From: a virus
DNA length: 43,534 nt
Strand: one strand, 5' to 3'
IMG/VR virus record: IMGVR_UViG_3300012944_000012
In this document: positions 42,010-43,534 of the stretch, piece after piece
Layout of the letters: each line of letters starts with the position of its first letter
How positions within the stretch are numbered: the first letter of the stretch is position 1
Notes under the pieces: model-generated
Database searches by the model: none
What the model saw: only the letters and a program-made list of their open reading frames with translations
Told to the model about the DNA's origin: nothing
Program-made: the position numbers and the translations under genes

Positions 42010-42038
42010 TTGGCGACACGGCCAAAAAGTGCTAGTAT
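42010..42038 (+). promoter_or_regulatory. Weak promoter-like element overlapping a box B copy.
   Basis: TTGGCG, 17-nt spacer, TAGTAT. Box B at 42001..42013. Confidence 0.35.
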
Positions 42039-42064
42039 GGCGCGCGAAGCAGGAAAAACACCAA

Positions 42065-42274
42065 ATGGCTACCATGATTACCGAAGTTTACGACGCCTTC
42101 AAAGCTGCGGGAGTGGATGACGACAAAGCGCGCAAGGCCGCCGAGGCCATCGCTTCCTATGAGACGAGATTCCACGATCTTAAATCCGACATGGCGGTTT
42201 TGAAATGGATGGTCGGCACCAATATTGTCCTAACACTTGGCGCACTCGGCAAGTTGCTGGCCATGAAGCTGTGA
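42065..42274 (+). CDS. Small protein with a C-terminal TM anchor.
   Basis: MATMITEVYDAFKAAGVDDDKARKAAEAIA...MAVLKWMVGTNIVLTLGALGKLLAMKL. Confidence 0.6.
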   Translation: MATMITEVYDAFKAAGVDDDKARKAAEAIASYETRFHDLKSDMAVLKWMVGTNIVLTLGALGKLLAMKL

Positions 42275-42390
42275 CGAAGCCGCGCGATATCCTGTATCTG
42301 ATGCCGATCATTGCCGTCGTGTCCGCCATGATTACAGGCGCGGCCATCTTTGCCGCTGGCATGGCCTTTATGAAATTCTTGGGCGGCTGA
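42271..42390 (+). CDS. Possible 39-aa single-TM protein.
   Basis: GTG overlaps the upstream stop (GTGA). ...MPIIAVVSAMITGAAIFAAGMAFMKFLGG. Confidence 0.4.
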   Translation: MTKPRDILYLMPIIAVVSAMITGAAIFAAGMAFMKFLGG

Positions 42391-42413
42391 TACCAACCGC
42401 ATCGATGTTGCGC

Positions 42414-42442
42414 AAAGCCCGGCTATAAAGCCGGGCTTTTTC
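42414..42442 (+). terminator. Rho-independent terminator.
   Basis: AGCCCGGCT-ataa-AGCCGGGCT followed by TTTT. Confidence 0.8.
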
Positions 42443-42456
42443 TTGGTCCGGCCATC

Positions 42457-42485
42457 TTGACCTATCGGCCAAATTGGCCTATACC
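42457..42485 (+). promoter_or_regulatory. Sigma-70-like promoter with tandem box A-like palindromes.
   Basis: TTGACC, 17-nt spacer, TATACC. Box A-like copies at 42448..42464 and 42465..42481 (core GGCCAAATTGGCC). Confidence 0.55.
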
Positions 42486-42517
42486 GTGTCAATGCCAACC
42501 AACGAGGGAAAATCGAA

Positions 42518-42796
42518 GTGACCAACAGCGAAATCAAAACCGGGATCGGCGGCACGGTGTTTGCGGGGCCGGATGCCGTCAAACTGTTTCAGGCCATGAC
42601 CATTGTCAGCGGCTTGCGGCTGTATGCCAAACACCGCATCCAGCCGAGCCGGGGTTACACGCCGAGCGCCATGCTCAAAGCCGCCAGCGGCTTTACCGGC
42701 AAGGCTTACAAGCGCGGCGCATACCAACAGGCCGCCGACGATTTGAAGCTGTGGGCCGACACCATGGCCGCCGCGCTGCCGGTGACAAAATCATGA
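42518..42796 (+). CDS. Hypothetical protein.
   Basis: 92 aa, GTG start preceded by an AGGGAAAA leader. Confidence 0.6.
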   Translation: MTNSEIKTGIGGTVFAGPDAVKLFQAMTIVSGLRLYAKHRIQPSRGYTPSAMLKAASGFTGKAYKRGAYQQAADDLKLWADTMAAALPVTKS

Positions 42797-43375
42797 GGCG
42801 GAGCGTCGTAATTCCGGAACGCATGGCGCACTTGCCATTGGACCGGCGCGGTTATCCGATATTTTTCGGCGCCTTCGTTGAGCCGGACGGCACGCCGCAT
42901 TTCACCATTAATTCCGAGGTCGAAGCGCGTCGAAATGATCGCGCGCGATTTGTGCTCTATCTGCGGCAAGACGCTGTTGCGTGGCCGCTGGTTCATCGGC
43001 GGCCCCCGCTCCGCGTTCCATAAGCGCGGCGCTTATATCGACATGCCGACCCATGCCGAGTGCGCGCATTATGCGTTGCGGGTTTGCCCGTACCTTGCCG
43101 CGCCGAGCTACGCCCGCGAGGTCGGCAAACGCAAGGCGGAAGCCGTCAAGGCCGGCGTCATTGCCATCGATCCAACCATGATCCCGGAACGGCCGTTGCT
43201 GTTCGTGGCGTTGATGGCAGTCGGCCAAAGCATGACCGGCAGCAATGGCTTTCAAAGCTACGTCAAGCCGCACCGCCCTTATCGCAAAATCGAGTACTGG
43301 CAGCACGGCGAGCAATTGCCGGACGCGCTGGGCCGGATGCTGGCAACCGATTTCATGAAGGAAGATGCAGCATGA
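42793..43375 (+). pseudogene. Frame-disrupted paralog of 12097..12741, needing a +1 shift between 42901 and 42953.
   Basis: The N-part (42793..43023 frame) aligns to residues ~10-55 of the paralog. The C-part (42878..43375 frame) aligns from the CxxC motif onward. The Phe-to-Cys distance is 52 nt (17 codons plus 1), matching the paralog spacing. Confidence 0.55.
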
Positions 43376-43534
43376 CCAAGAAACCGAAAACCAAGCGCAT
43401 GAGCGCCGAGCAATACCAAGCTGCTATCGACGCGCTGGGGCTGACCCAAATCGGCGCGGCGCGGTTTCTCAAGATCGGCGAGCGAACCTCGCGCCGCTAT
43501 GTCGCGGGCGGTACCATCCCCTATGCCGTCGAAC
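43372..43534 (+). CDS. 5-prime part of the junction-spanning HTH protein (continues at 124..179).
   Basis: The ATG overlaps the upstream stop (ATGA). See feature 3..179. Confidence 0.7.
   Translation, partial: MTKKPKTKRMSAEQYQAAIDALGLTQIGAARFLKIGERTSRRYVAGGTIPYAVE
43412..43534. repeat. Terminal direct repeat, identical to 1..123.
   Basis: Base-by-base identity. Confidence 0.95.

Overview
Everything here is read by eye from the sequence and the ORF track; no searches were run. The window is one complete mobile genome. Bases 1..123 are identical to 43412..43534, so the contig closes into a 43,411-bp circle, and a 72-aa HTH gene reads in frame across the junction. Gene content fits a temperate, tail-tube-less (podovirus-like) phage of a GC-rich, probably alphaproteobacterial host (host call is inference).

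Layout:
- (1) Minus-strand early operon, 6542 down to 1026: Cro-like protein, DnaA-domain-IV-only protein, Gp157-like protein, Rad52-type annealase, two HNH/DUF968-type nucleases, DUF1376-like protein.
- (2) CI-like repressor, small ORFs, Xis-like HTH, tyrosine integrase, and an attP holding a tRNA 3-prime fragment with arm-type repeats (6670..9950).
- (3) Plus-strand operon of HTH regulators and unknowns (10811..14546).
- (4) A promoter-to-terminator moron encoding a 42-aa secreted Cys-rich peptide.
- (5) Minus-strand lysis and virion module, 36914 down to 14988: TerL, portal, scaffold, N4-gp56-type capsid, three tandem paralogous ~140-aa head proteins, P22-gp10-like protein, three large ejection-type proteins, tail-collar fibre, beta-helix tailspike, second fibre, HNH-AP2 homing endonuclease, GH25 endolysin.
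- (6) TerS detached at 38050..38571.
- (7) Plus-strand early region, 38797 through the junction to 817, built from about eight short promoter-gene-terminator cassettes. It includes ArdC and ends in an HTH gene plus a small serine recombinase.

The most unusual signal is regulatory rather than genic:
- Two families of AT-cored palindromes sit in promoter positions all over the genome: box B (CCAA-N5-TTGG, at least 17 exact copies) and box A (TAGGCCA-N3-TGRCCTA, about 10 copies).
- A 620-bp ORF-free, repeat-packed tract lies upstream of ardC.
- A 4 x 22-bp tandem repeat lies between the portal and scaffold genes.
- There are three apparent frame disruptions and one perfect 16-bp tandem duplication that creates a stop codon.
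- A candidate opposite-strand membrane-protein gene is embedded in the ejection-protein cluster.
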